From the NCBI RefSeq assembly GCF_002113885.1, contig NW_018408441.1, positions 177,608-241,607 on the forward strand: a DNA stretch of 64,000 bases, given 5' to 3'. Source of the DNA: Mizuhopecten yessoensis (lineage: Eukaryota). The notes under the pieces are model-generated. The model did not search any database, was not told the origin of the DNA, and saw nothing but the letters and a program-made list of their open reading frames with translations. The position numbers and the translations under genes were made by a program. This document shows positions 49,801 to 60,599 of the stretch, one piece after another; position 1 is the stretch's first letter, and every line of letters begins with the position of its first letter.

Positions 49801-52800
49801 CAGAAACACGACTGGACCAACCTTGGCCTGAAAGTAATTCAAAATGTTATTAATCTACACAACAAGATTAGTCCACTGCATCGGCGTACCAAGCTTTGAA
49901 GGCAATGACACCTTTAGTCAATTTCAAGAAATATACACTAAAGAATGTAGTTTCCAAAAAAAACAAACATTGATGAAACAAATTCAAAAGGGCAATTGAT
50001 GTAGGGAAATTGATAGTCTTAAAATAACAAATAAGCAACATCAAAATTGGGGAACAATGTTACTGCTGTCATCCAATCTCATATCAGACAATGGCCTCCA
50101 TCTCTACAAGAGGGAGATAAGTTAAGCTTTAGTAAAATGCAGCTGGGAAATTATAGAAAATTAGGGGCTAGGATCCTCAAACCACTGCCAAAATCTGTAA
50201 CTTGTACTAGAAACAGGTTTTTCTGGCATTAATATAGCTTTAGTAAATCATTTCTGAAAAGAAAACCATACCTTGCGGGATATAAATGAAAAATAATACA
50301 GATGAAATAAACAAAATATAATCGCCAACAGGGTTCTAAGTGTAAAAATTGGGCGGGCTTGACTGGGACTCAAACCTAGGATTTAAGAATATTATACTAT
50401 CGCTATTGTATTACCGATTGAGCTTCCTGGTCAAAGGAAGTGTCCTGGTCAAACTGTGCTACAGTTATATCCAAGCAGAAATTAAGGGGAGGTTACTGTA
50501 CATAGGAAACCCACAGTGCAGTGGGACAGGGATCCTTAACCCTTTCACTACTGTAAACCATAATGGACTCATCCCAATAAATGCATGTTAAGGGTTAAGT
50601 GATATGCCGTAGACAATCTGTTTTAATGAGACAGGGTCAAAGTTTAGATCACTGTGACCTACTTTTGGTATGTGGCACTCTGCCATCTGTTGGGGGACAT
50701 ATAAGAAACATTTTACACAAGACACTGATATACCATAAACATCCCTTCACTACAGTCATATAGAAAAAGACACCCACCTCAGCTTTGTGTACGAATATCT
50801 CAATGTCTTCTGGTGCTAGGTTGGCTTGGTCAATAAGAGAGGAGTACTCAAACTGAAGGCGAGAGTGGGCCTCTATCCGGCGCTGATGGTGTTCACGGTA
50901 CAAGACCAACAACTCATTCAGGACATTCAGTAGACTACTGGGGTCATTGTAGTCCCAGTTCACCAAACTCTGGTAGGGATAAACATAATGTCCAATTTGA
51001 TTCATCAAGTCATTCCATATATATTAAGATTACATGCTATAAAAAATATAGTGACATATATTATATGAGTGTTTTACAATATTATTTTCATTTTATTGAA
51101 AAAAGTGTAAATGCAACAAGTACAGCTATCTTAGAATTAATATACCATCAGGAAATTACTTATCATGATGAATAAAAGAAAAACGAACCTTGACATCCTC
51201 CTCATAGGGACAAAAGTCATTGTCATCTGTTGAAAAGATAAAATCTGGAGGGTCCTGGGGATAGTTACAGTCGAAAATTACATCCCCTTAAAAATAGAAA
51301 ACATGGTACCAGTAAAAACATATATACAGTGTAAGGTGAAGGTGTTACCAATGACTCAACTGGATACAAATTTCTGACATGTTCCAATTCTGATTACACT
51401 AGGCATGTTCCAATTCTGATTACACTAGACATGTTCCAATTCTGATTACACTAGACATGTTCCAATTCTGATTACACTAGACATGTTCCAATTCTGATTA
51501 CACTAGACATGTTCCAATTCTGATTACACTAGACATGTTCCAATTCTGATTACACTAGACAGACCGATGAAACACCACTCTACTATTTATGAAATATGTG
51601 CCATTACCAGACATTAGAGTAACCACCACTTTCACATATAATGATAACAAAAGCTTACACACATAGTGTACCAAAACACCATTCATTCTATATAGATCAT
51701 ATATACAGATACATAGTACAAGTAGAAACATCAGACACCCATTGCAATCTCTAGGATTACCTTGGTAGTAAACATTATTGAATGCTATTTTGTTGTAGAC
51801 AATAATGTAACACTTACATTGTAGAGTAATGTAGACAATAATGTAACACTTACATTATAGACAATAATGTAACACTTACATTATAGACAATAATGTAACA
51901 CTTACATTACAGACAATAATGTAACACTTACATCACAGATAATAATGTAACCCTGACATTGTAGACAATAATGTAACACTTATATTGTAGGCAATAATTT
52001 AACACTTACATTGTAGTGTCTGGCCTGCAAAGGGAAGTAGCACCTGAAATCTGTCACCATTGGGCTTCTTTGAAGTACTTAGTGACCTACAATGGAATAT
52101 CAAAACTACTACCAAATTGTTATTAACAGGCATTTTTACCTTATGTTTATGCAATCAACCATGTACATAACATATGTTATATATTTGTATCTATAACTAT
52201 TTTTAGAGTGAATTTTAATTGATAATTTCAGCTTTATTTTCCCAAAATCAATACAAAAATCACTTCAATCAATCACTAAAGGGAGATAATCTGTGCTTTT
52301 ATAACTTACAACTTACACACATTTTACAAGTGATATTTCAATTTTAATTTGCTTTATGGTAGATCTATTAATAATTTGACAGGTTAGTGTAAAATTTCTG
52401 AAAACAATACATATTTAGCTCTTTTGTTGTGGTTAATCTTTCTTTCCCATACTAGTAGTGATAGGGACCATATCTTTTTAACATAAGTGTTTTTGCAATA
52501 CCGGTATTACCGTATACTTACAAGTTACAGTGTAGATAAAAATTGTTTATAAACAAGAGATTCTTCAGGGATCATGGTGCCAACGTAAGACTTTCATAAG
52601 ATCTAATTCTATGTAAGTTTGATCTTTTCCCTTAATTCTCTTCTGTTCACTAATCTGTTGGATTCATAATCTTATCAACAGAAAATGTATCTTGCAGTCA
52701 CTTTTAATTAAAATTTCCATACCATTGGGTTTTGAGTGTCATTTCAAAGTGAGGCTGTTTTTCAATTATGAAATAGCAATAAACAAATTTGAAATTTAAA

Positions 52801-53634
52801 AAATCCAAGGTAGCTGCCTGGTTGCCATCTTGTTTTTCTGATCAGTCCAAAAATGCAGAACTATGGACAAAGGGGAATCTACATAAGAAATTTGAAAAGA
52901 TCTGCAGAGTCCATTTTGAGAAATAGCTATAACAAAACTTTTATAAGGACAAACAGATGACGGATGATTCGTACGGTGATTTGATCTACCCACTATCTGA
53001 TGATGGTGGTCAGGTGGCACAGCGAAAAACACACTGGCCTTTCACCAAAGCAGCTGGGGATTGATTCCTCGATCAAACATAAAGGTATGAAGTCACCTGC
53101 CTGACAACATGGGTTTTCTCTGGGTTCTCTTGTTTCCTCCTTCTTTAAGACCCATCGCATGCTAATATAACATCCAGGCCAACAAGAGTGATTTACATAA
53201 GTTGAAATAACATGTTTCGTAATTGTTGTAAACTAAATAAAGTTTATAATATTTTTGTTTATGGTTGAAATGTCATCAATCAGTACGAGTTGTCTCCCTT
53301 CTCTTTAATACACTTGCATCCATTTTTAGTCTTGTCGTCAGCTTACAAATAAAATTTACGAATTTCAAATCAGTAGTTTCCGTAGAGATTTATTTTTAAT
53401 TGAGATAAACTATCACAAATAATCATTTTTTATGCAGTGAGTCATTCCAAAACAGCACTGTAGACTGTAGTAGGCCTACTGCTGTACATATCTAGCAAAC
53501 ATTTTAGCATACCCAGTTCTGATGTCCGATATGCGCACATGTGCACCGCATATTCCAATCTTCCCATTTCTGATCACCGTATCTATCAAATGTGTAAAAC
53601 AAGGGGCAATTTTTCCAATATATTCTGTTCCCAT
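43851..53634 (-). CDS. BABAM2: BRISC and BRCA1-A complex member 2 (BRE/BRCC45), 11 exons, about 377 aa
   Basis: Exons 53634-53513, 52086-52010, 51286-51189, 50969-50778, 49827-49753, 49311-49211, 47548-47449, 47045-46975, 45659-45577, 44596-44446 and 43914-43851 are in frame (1134 nt). Motifs: [127 protein letters not shown]. Confidence 0.95.
45765..46540. repeat. Minisatellite, 25-26-bp unit, about 30 copies, in BABAM2 intron 8
   Basis: Unit AGAAATTTATCATACTTCTAGCCAAT. Confidence 0.96.
48120..48955 (-). repeat. 71-bp tandem array, about 12 copies, in BABAM2 intron 6, derived from the exon 6 end; most units carry a GG|GTAAGT-type donor consensus
   Basis: The sense unit contains CCTCGCACCTTCAGTAGAAAAGTTACCAGGG|GTAAGTACC; compare the exon end CCTCTCACCTAGAGTAGAAAA|GTAAGT. 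Confidence 0.93.
48960..49240 (-). repeat. 47-48-bp array of the BABAM2 exon 6 end plus donor (3 near-perfect and about 3 degenerate copies)
   Basis: Plus-strand unit GGTTACTTACTTTTCTACTCTAGGTGAGAGGTAAGTTGTAGTAGGAG at 49106, 49154 and 49201, with degenerate copies further into the intron. Confidence 0.9.
51376..51560. repeat. 26-bp minisatellite, about 7 near-identical copies
   Basis: Unit ACATGTTCCAATTCTGATTACACTAG. Confidence 0.96.
51790..52016 (-). repeat. 26-bp array, about 8 copies, containing the BABAM2 exon 2 end plus donor
   Basis: Sense unit CTACAAT|GTAAGTGTTACATTATTGT; the first copy is the real junction. Confidence 0.92.
53000..53250 (+). mobile_element. tRNA-derived SINE (same family as 36065-36302)
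   Basis: GGTGGCACAGCG..CCTTTCACCAA..GGGTTTTCTCTGGGTTCTCTTGTTTCCTCC..CATCCAGGCCAACAAGAGTGATTTACATAAGTTG..AATAAAGTT. Confidence 0.75.
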
Positions 53635-54079
53635 CTTCTCAAGTTGATGTTGTCAGAGCGTCTCTTTAACCCGGATTACAAACAAATCTATTTCCGGTGT
53701 CATGTCAGCCTCCATGAACAACGTGAAGACATCTGACAATCCATGAACGTTAACCTCAATTATCTGGCACGTTATTGTTTGTAGGTTCGGACATTAGATC
53801 ACTTCTGATTTAATTACCATTTTAACTGTTTTTTTGAAAGAACTGTTTCGAGATTTTTTTGAATAGTTGAAAGAACAGCCACAAGGAGTGAAGGACCTGA
53901 CATTCATTACATTGCCACATTTGACATTTTTCACGTGTCAGGTTTTAAAAGTGTTAATTGGGGCTAAATTCATTGGATTTTCACTCCCCTAAAAAATTAC
54001 AGCAGCAAGATTAAACTAGTGGTTGGTTCATATGTTTTATTTTTGTATTTGTTTTGAATAGTCCCTGAAAGGAGCCAAA
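53635..54079. promoter_or_regulatory. Putative bidirectional promoter shared by BABAM2 and DDX28
   Basis: Divergent start codons only 445 bp apart; CpG-enriched, with an ETS-like TTCCGG (about 53692) and E-box CACGTG (about 53932). Confidence 0.65.
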
Positions 54080-57000
54080 ATGTCTACCCTGGTGACGTTG
54101 AACAGCACTATTCGGTCCCAGCTGGTTTCCGTCTTGTGTAGACAATTTGCAGTATGTATACCACATCTTGTACAGTTTACCATAACCCACGAGTTTTAAT
54201 GCAGGTTTATCGGTACTATATAATATTTTTTAATAGTTATACAATTATTTGAAGCTCAAGGATGACTTAGCCTGAGTTTCCTGACTTTCCTCTGGCCCCG
54301 ACACCCAACTTTGATATTTTGACAGATAAATACCCGAGTCTGATGTCAAGGCCAGAGGAAACTTGCCCTAAAGGGTGACTGTACCACTACATGTATGTCT
54401 CTAAAACCTCAAGAGTTGATTGTTAGATGCTTATAATTGACTAGTGCTAATATTAATACCCAGCCTCCTCTGCCCGTCGACAGAAGCTACGTTATCGCAG
54501 TTGACATACTAGTATTACCTTATCAGTATATTTATCAATGGTAAGTGTAACAGGTAAGGGAGTAGTGTGCTTCTACCGGTATCAAACCTGCGATCCCTGA
54601 CTTTCTAGTCCTAGCTTTAACCACTGAGCTAAAGGGAAATTCACTCTGGCGTGAAGGTAGAAGGCGACCATCACTCTACGTACAATTAAAATCTGCCACA
54701 GTAAGTAAATAACTCATCACTGTTTTAAGTATCCAGTGAAGATATCGGTCCAATGAGTAAAATGTTCGATTGGTTGATCTGAATAAAATTGTATGGGTCA
54801 TCGTAGGTAACGGCTAGTAATGGAGATATATGAAGGTACATGTTGTTGTGTAACTTTCAAGAGTTTCAACAATCGAATTGTGATGTAATATGATATCATC
54901 AAAACCATGATGCTATCTTACAGTACTTAATTTTTTATAGATATGTTAATTTTAATGGGGCGATTGGTTGTGTGGTTAACACTCCAGCCTTCCATGCAGA
55001 CGGCAGTGGTGCGATCCCGAAGTCGTCGTACACATGGAATATTCAGAGAAAGTGTTTTTCTCCAGCTCACATAAATCCAACAACCCAGGTGGAATAAGAA
55101 ATTGTGTGGGGGTGGATATTGCGGTATCTGTGCTGTAGCATTCAAGTGAGGTGGCACTATAAATGATACCGTTGGAGGCACGGTCCCACTTCAAACGGAA
55201 CACAATACATTTCCAGCACACATGCAAGCATACACACATAGGGAGATATTAGCCAGGTGGCATATGACTAGTAGTTAACGCCTGATAAGGCAGCTCCTGT
55301 CAATTCCTCAAAATTTTATTGATTAATGTATATGCTAATTGTATTGATTGTAAAAATTGTATATCTATGTACTGTAAAGCGCTGTATAGTGGCTTAGATT
55401 AGCTAGATAGGGAGCTAAATCAAATATTGTATATTTAGTATCTGATAGAAGCTCAATTAAAATCTATTCATGTAAGTTTAATTTGTTATGAATGCTTTAC
55501 CATATTGATGTGTTACTGTGTCTTTTCCCTAAATAAAATCATTATTATTATTATCATTGTATTAGCACTACAAAAATAATTTTGGACAGGGGCCTGGGCA
55601 GTGGACACATAAACCAACATGACAGTTAAAATATAGAATGCTAAGTTTGATTGTGTTTTGGTACATTCATCCTCAAGAAGCTTGTCATAACTGACAGTGA
55701 ATTCATGGTTTTCAAATTCTTTTTGAAATATGATTATAATTATAAAAAAATACTTTTCATTTCAGATATATTTATAGAATGGGCTACTATCATGTACTGC
55801 TTTTGTTTTTTATTTTTGCAAAGTGCACATTGTTACAACAAAGCGACACATGAAGCTAATGAAATGTGTACATTTTAGACAAGGACAAATGTGGAAGTAC
55901 CAAGAATAACGACTCCTCATAAACTAAAGGTACAGTTTCAAAAGAAGGAGAGAAACATTCTGAGAAAGAAAGCCATACAGGCCAAAATTAACATGACAAA
56001 TAAGAGGTCTGCCCTGGTGATCAGCTGTAAACGTGTTCAGTACAACCATCACCAAGGACAGACTTACAGTGAATTCAACCCCAGCAAGTTGGCTTCCCAT
56101 GGCTGGAGCAACTACAAGTCCATAGGGGATCATTTTACAATCAAAGCAAACAGCAAGGTAATGAGGAACACAATCATGTAAATTGTTGGGACATATAGCC
56201 ATTTAAAATCAGCCATTAGATTTATCTCATTCACCCCTGAAATATCATAATGAACTATTCCAACCTTTGAATTGGAGGAGTTCAAATGTGTCTTCTGGGG
56301 TGATTGAGTTAACTGTACCAGTGTAGACTGTCAAGTGAAGATGTACATGTATGATTTATAATGACTCTAACGTCAGGCTCAATATCCTATTACCAAATCA
56401 GTGCAATGAACAGAAATGTCATTAAGTAGGTAAACTGTTAATAAATTCAACATAAGAGATCCTGATATATTGTTCTGAATCTTACTATGATAATGGTACA
56501 ATTTAATCCTGTAAATGTATGAAGATGTTGATAAAATTGAGCTTTTTTAATCAAAGTTGAATAGCTCTTGTGGTATATTAATTCATTCTAAGCTTTTCAC
56601 TGATTGCTGTACTAAGCATGTGGTATTGATTACAGAATCCAGCGCTGCAAACAATTAATGAGACAGTGCGGACATTTGAAGATTTTGACCTGAATGAAAA
56701 ATTATTGGAGCAGATTGAGGAACTAAACTTTGAATATCCCACCAAGATACAGGTATACTATATTAATATAAACACACATAAGTATATATGTAAATAACAT
56801 TATATAGGTATATTTTACAAACACACATGTTAAATTCATATTAAGGTACAATTTATAAACACACATAAATGCATGCATATTTTACAAGAACACATTAATA
56901 CAGGTACATTTCACACAAATACAGGTACATTTTACAAGCACACATACATAAATGCAAAGAAATGATAATGTGTTTGTGTAGAGAACATCCTTTGGATACA

Positions 57001-60000
57001 TGCTATTACTTCACTGGTTTGTAAAGATGTGTTCAATGAAATTAATACCATGTAATAAAACACACAGTAGGCTATGACGACAAGTCCTTTTAATACAAGT
57101 AAAGTGATGGCCTGATATACGTAAATGATTAAATGAAAATTTATTTTTCAGAATAAATGAACAGATATAAGTTTTTTGAGGACTCTTCTTGCTGTTGACC
57201 AAAGACTTTTTTTTACATATTTACTGTATGATTACTACCGATTTTGTTTTCTTCAGAGGCGTACATTCAGTGCTGTTCTACAAGGACAGAATGTGATCTG
57301 TGCTGCAGAAACAGGTAAGTTTCATTTTATCTCAAAATTTGGTACATGTGTCACAGTGTTGAACCATCTAGCCTCTAATTACTGACTAAAAAGCTAGGTG
57401 GTAATTAAATCAGCAAAGCACTGGAGTAGTAATCTATGGTTCGAGATTTGACTTCTAGCGGAGACACTTGGGAACGTCACCGCTCTACATTAATGGCACC
57501 TGTATGTATGGTAATCTCCTAAATGTTGCTTTCACAAGCATTGTTGTATTCTGGAAGACACAGGTTCTTTCAATGAAAGAGGAGCATGTTCTTAACAAAG
57601 GCTGTTGGGGGTGGGGGGAGGAGTGACTTCTGCTACCAATAAGGGTCCTTGATACTGTGTACGGTAATCTCCTTAACCTAGCTCTCACAAGCATGGTTAT
57701 AGTCTTGAAGACTAGAGGACAAGTTCTTTCAATTCACAGGGAGTATATATACCAATGGGAATCGATCTGGTAGATTGTTATATTACTAACTAACTCAGCT
57801 GGAAGGAATTTTCCTTTAGTTCATTCTATCAGTACAGCACCAGGCTAGTAGTCTGTAGTCCTGGGTTCGACTCCTGGTGTAGGCACTTGGAAAAAGGGGT
57901 TTTAGGTGACACTGCCATGAAATTTGTTTGCGATTAGAAAATTAAGCATGGTTTCTAATATAGTGATCTAGTCAGGAGGAGTAATCTTTATTTTGTTGAC
58001 AATGTGTTGTGAAAATTTAATAACCCTCAATTCTGTAAATAAATTGCTATAAATATAAAGTTTGTAACAAAACAGTACATTTTTTCCTTTTTTTGTGTGA
58101 TCATAAGGACAAGGATTCTTGCTGTTATGAGTGTATTTGAAAATGTTTGGCAGATGGCAATATCAATGGGGTTAAGTATACCAGGGTAGTAGCGGAAACA
58201 TTTCTAATGGTATATGGGGGAAAACTGTACTTATATATTCAAGTCATTGTCTGTGGACAGTTGTTACATTCCAAACAATTTCTTTTTAAATACTTCGTTG
58301 TGAAAATGAACAATTGTCTCCCCTTTGATAGAACATATGAAGTATTTCTACATTATTTCTTAATAAGTCAAAAAAGATATTGATTCAGGACAAAGTCCTC
58401 AAGTCTTTGGAGCAATTTACACAGGAAAATGAAGCATTTGTTGTTTGACATATTGTTTCCATTTTTGTAAGTGCGAGTGGCTAGCCTACCTACTGTTTTA
58501 AGACTAAGTAATCATGTTTAACAAACTGCTGTTGTAGGGAGTGGTAAAACATTGGCCTACCTACTGTTTTACGACTAAGTAATCGTGTCTCACAAACTGC
58601 TGTTGTAGGGAGTGGTAAAACATTAGCCTACCTACTGTTTTAAGAGTAAGGAATTGTGTCTAACAAACTGCTGTTGTAGGGAGGGGTAAAACATTGGCCT
58701 ACCTACTGTTTTACGACTAAGTAATCGTGTCTCACAAACTGCTGTTGTAGGGAGTGGTAAAACATTGGCCTTCCTACTGTTTTAAGAGTAAGGAATTGTG
58801 TCTAACAAACTGCTGTTGTAGGGAGTGGTAAAACATTGGCCTACCTACTGTTTTAAGAGTAAGGAATCGTGTTTAACAAACTGCTGTTGTAGGGAGTGGT
58901 AAAACATTAGCCTACCTACTGTTTTAAGAGTAAGGAATTGTGTCTAACAAACTGCTGTTGTAGGGAGTGGTAAAACATTGGCCTACCTACTGTTTTAAGA
59001 CTAAGTAATCGTGTCTAACAAACTGCTGTTGTAGGGAGTGGTAAAACATTGGCCTACCTGCTACCTATCATGGAGTTGTTGTGGCGCATGCAGGCTAATG
59101 AGACAGCTGAGGATACTCCACCAAACTCACCCCGAGCCATCATTATATTGCCCTCTCAGGAACTGGCTACCCAGGTCGCAGTGAGTCTCTTACATATCAC
59201 CAGAAACAGCAGTAGTTAGGAAAAAATATTGTTAGATTTCAAGTGAAGTCATCTATTACTTTCTTTGACAGAGCCAGTCTTACAAAGTTGTGTTAAAAGA
59301 GACAATGATGGTAGTCTACCTTATTATTAACCTTTGATTATTAAATAGATAACCCCAAAACAGAATTATTTGACTTAAAACCTTTTAACAATATATTTTG
59401 TCTGAAAGGTTCCAAGGTAAAAAAAACCACTAAAATAAATGTATGACAGAGTTCAGAATGGCTAAGAGGAGATACTGTTAGCTACATTAGCAACCTATTA
59501 CAGTTTTCCAAATCAGTTGAGTTTTTTGAAGTGACAACATAACAACAAGAACCGCTAATGCTGTAAAACGAAGTTGTCATTAATAAATACCAAATGATAC
59601 ATGGTAAGGCCAAAACAAAAATTATGTGTTTCCAGTAACATGCCAGGAAAAACTGAATAGGTCGATAGGCAGATAATTATCTTTCTTTCATGGATCAATA
59701 TTATGCTTTATATCAACTTTTACAATGCTTTTTCACACATTACAATGGCTATAAAGCTGTCAAGAATGGAGTGAGACTTCCATAATGTTTTTTCAATTCA
59801 ACAAAAAAGAGATAAAATTTTTAGTCTCTGTTTATAAATTATTTGAATTTTCACTCAGTTCACTCGGTCAGTGAATATTTGTTTTGTGTTTCGTAGGAAG
59901 TTGCAAATAAGTTCACAAAATCCTGTGGTATCAAGTTGCAGCTGCTATCAGGGAAAGGAATCCCTACAGTAAGTGACACACTGTTAATTATTGACTTTTA

Positions 60001-60500
60001 TACCCCAGTAATAAATATTATCTTACATGTGTCTTAAGCTGTCTCTGCGAATACTGTATATATGTCTTACAGAAATGGATTGGTATGCTGTTGTTTAGAA
60101 CAGAATATTTTCAGAGGTCACAAGTACGGGTACCCTTCAGTAATCACAGTGTCTGTTCCTCCACACGTTACTTTTGTTTTCTGGATATTATCTCAGAATC
60201 CAAAGAGTTTTCTTTTTTAACATAGTGATACGCTTTGGTGTGTAGATGTGCAATAGGGGTTTAAAAATATTTCTAATGTTAAGGTAAAGGTCAATGTTAC
60301 TGAAAATACATGAAAAAAGAATGTGACAAAAAAAGTACAAACTTGTGATACTTGTATGTGATATTATCCAGTTTCCAACATCTATATCCTTAACATGTGT
60401 TTCATTTTTTTACTCCAGCAAAACATCAGATTTTTCGGAAAAGAAACCATAGACATTGTTGTGTCTACTCCAATGACACTGCTGAAATTCTTCTACTCAG
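54080..60500 (+). CDS. DDX28: Mitochondrial DEAD-box RNA helicase DDX28, first 7 exons (gene continues beyond the window)
   Basis: Exons 54080-54151 (presequence-like MSTLVTLNSTIRSQLVSVLCRQFA), 55879-56157 (LASHGWSNYKSIGDHFTI, DDX28-typical), 56636-56752 (Q motif FEYPTKIQ), 57257-57314 (NVICAAETG), 59035-59180 (SGKTLAYLLP..PSQELATQ), 59897-59968 and 60419-60500 (DIVVSTP). Confidence 0.9.
54957..55435 (+). mobile_element. tRNA-derived SINE with a LINE-like 3' tail
   Basis: Head GGGGCGATTGGTTGTGTGGTTAACAC..GGTGCGATCCCG (A/B box-like); tail TGTAAAGCGCTG..TTAGATTAG..AAATCAAAT. Confidence 0.6.
58481..59058 (+). repeat. 71-bp tandem array, 8 copies, of the DDX28 exon 5 acceptor plus Walker-A codons
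   Basis: Unit ..CTAACAAACTGCTGTTGTAG|GGAGTGGTAAAACATTGGCCTACCTACTGTTTTAAGAGTAAGGAATTGTGT; the AGs end at 58537, 58608, 58679, 58750, 58821, 58892, 58963 and 59034. Confidence 0.97.
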
Positions 60501-60599
60501 GTATGTTTTCAGAACGTTAATAATTTCTGGAAATCATAGGCTAAGCAAACAACAATTATGAGACTTATTTGTACACCATAAATTATATAATACTATTGT

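Noticed and set aside
57800-57890. tRNA-like sequence (GGGTTCGACTCC); also about 54570-54660 and 6075-6150
   Set aside because: No complete cloverleaf, and diverged dispersed copies indicate SINE-type repeats rather than tRNA genes.
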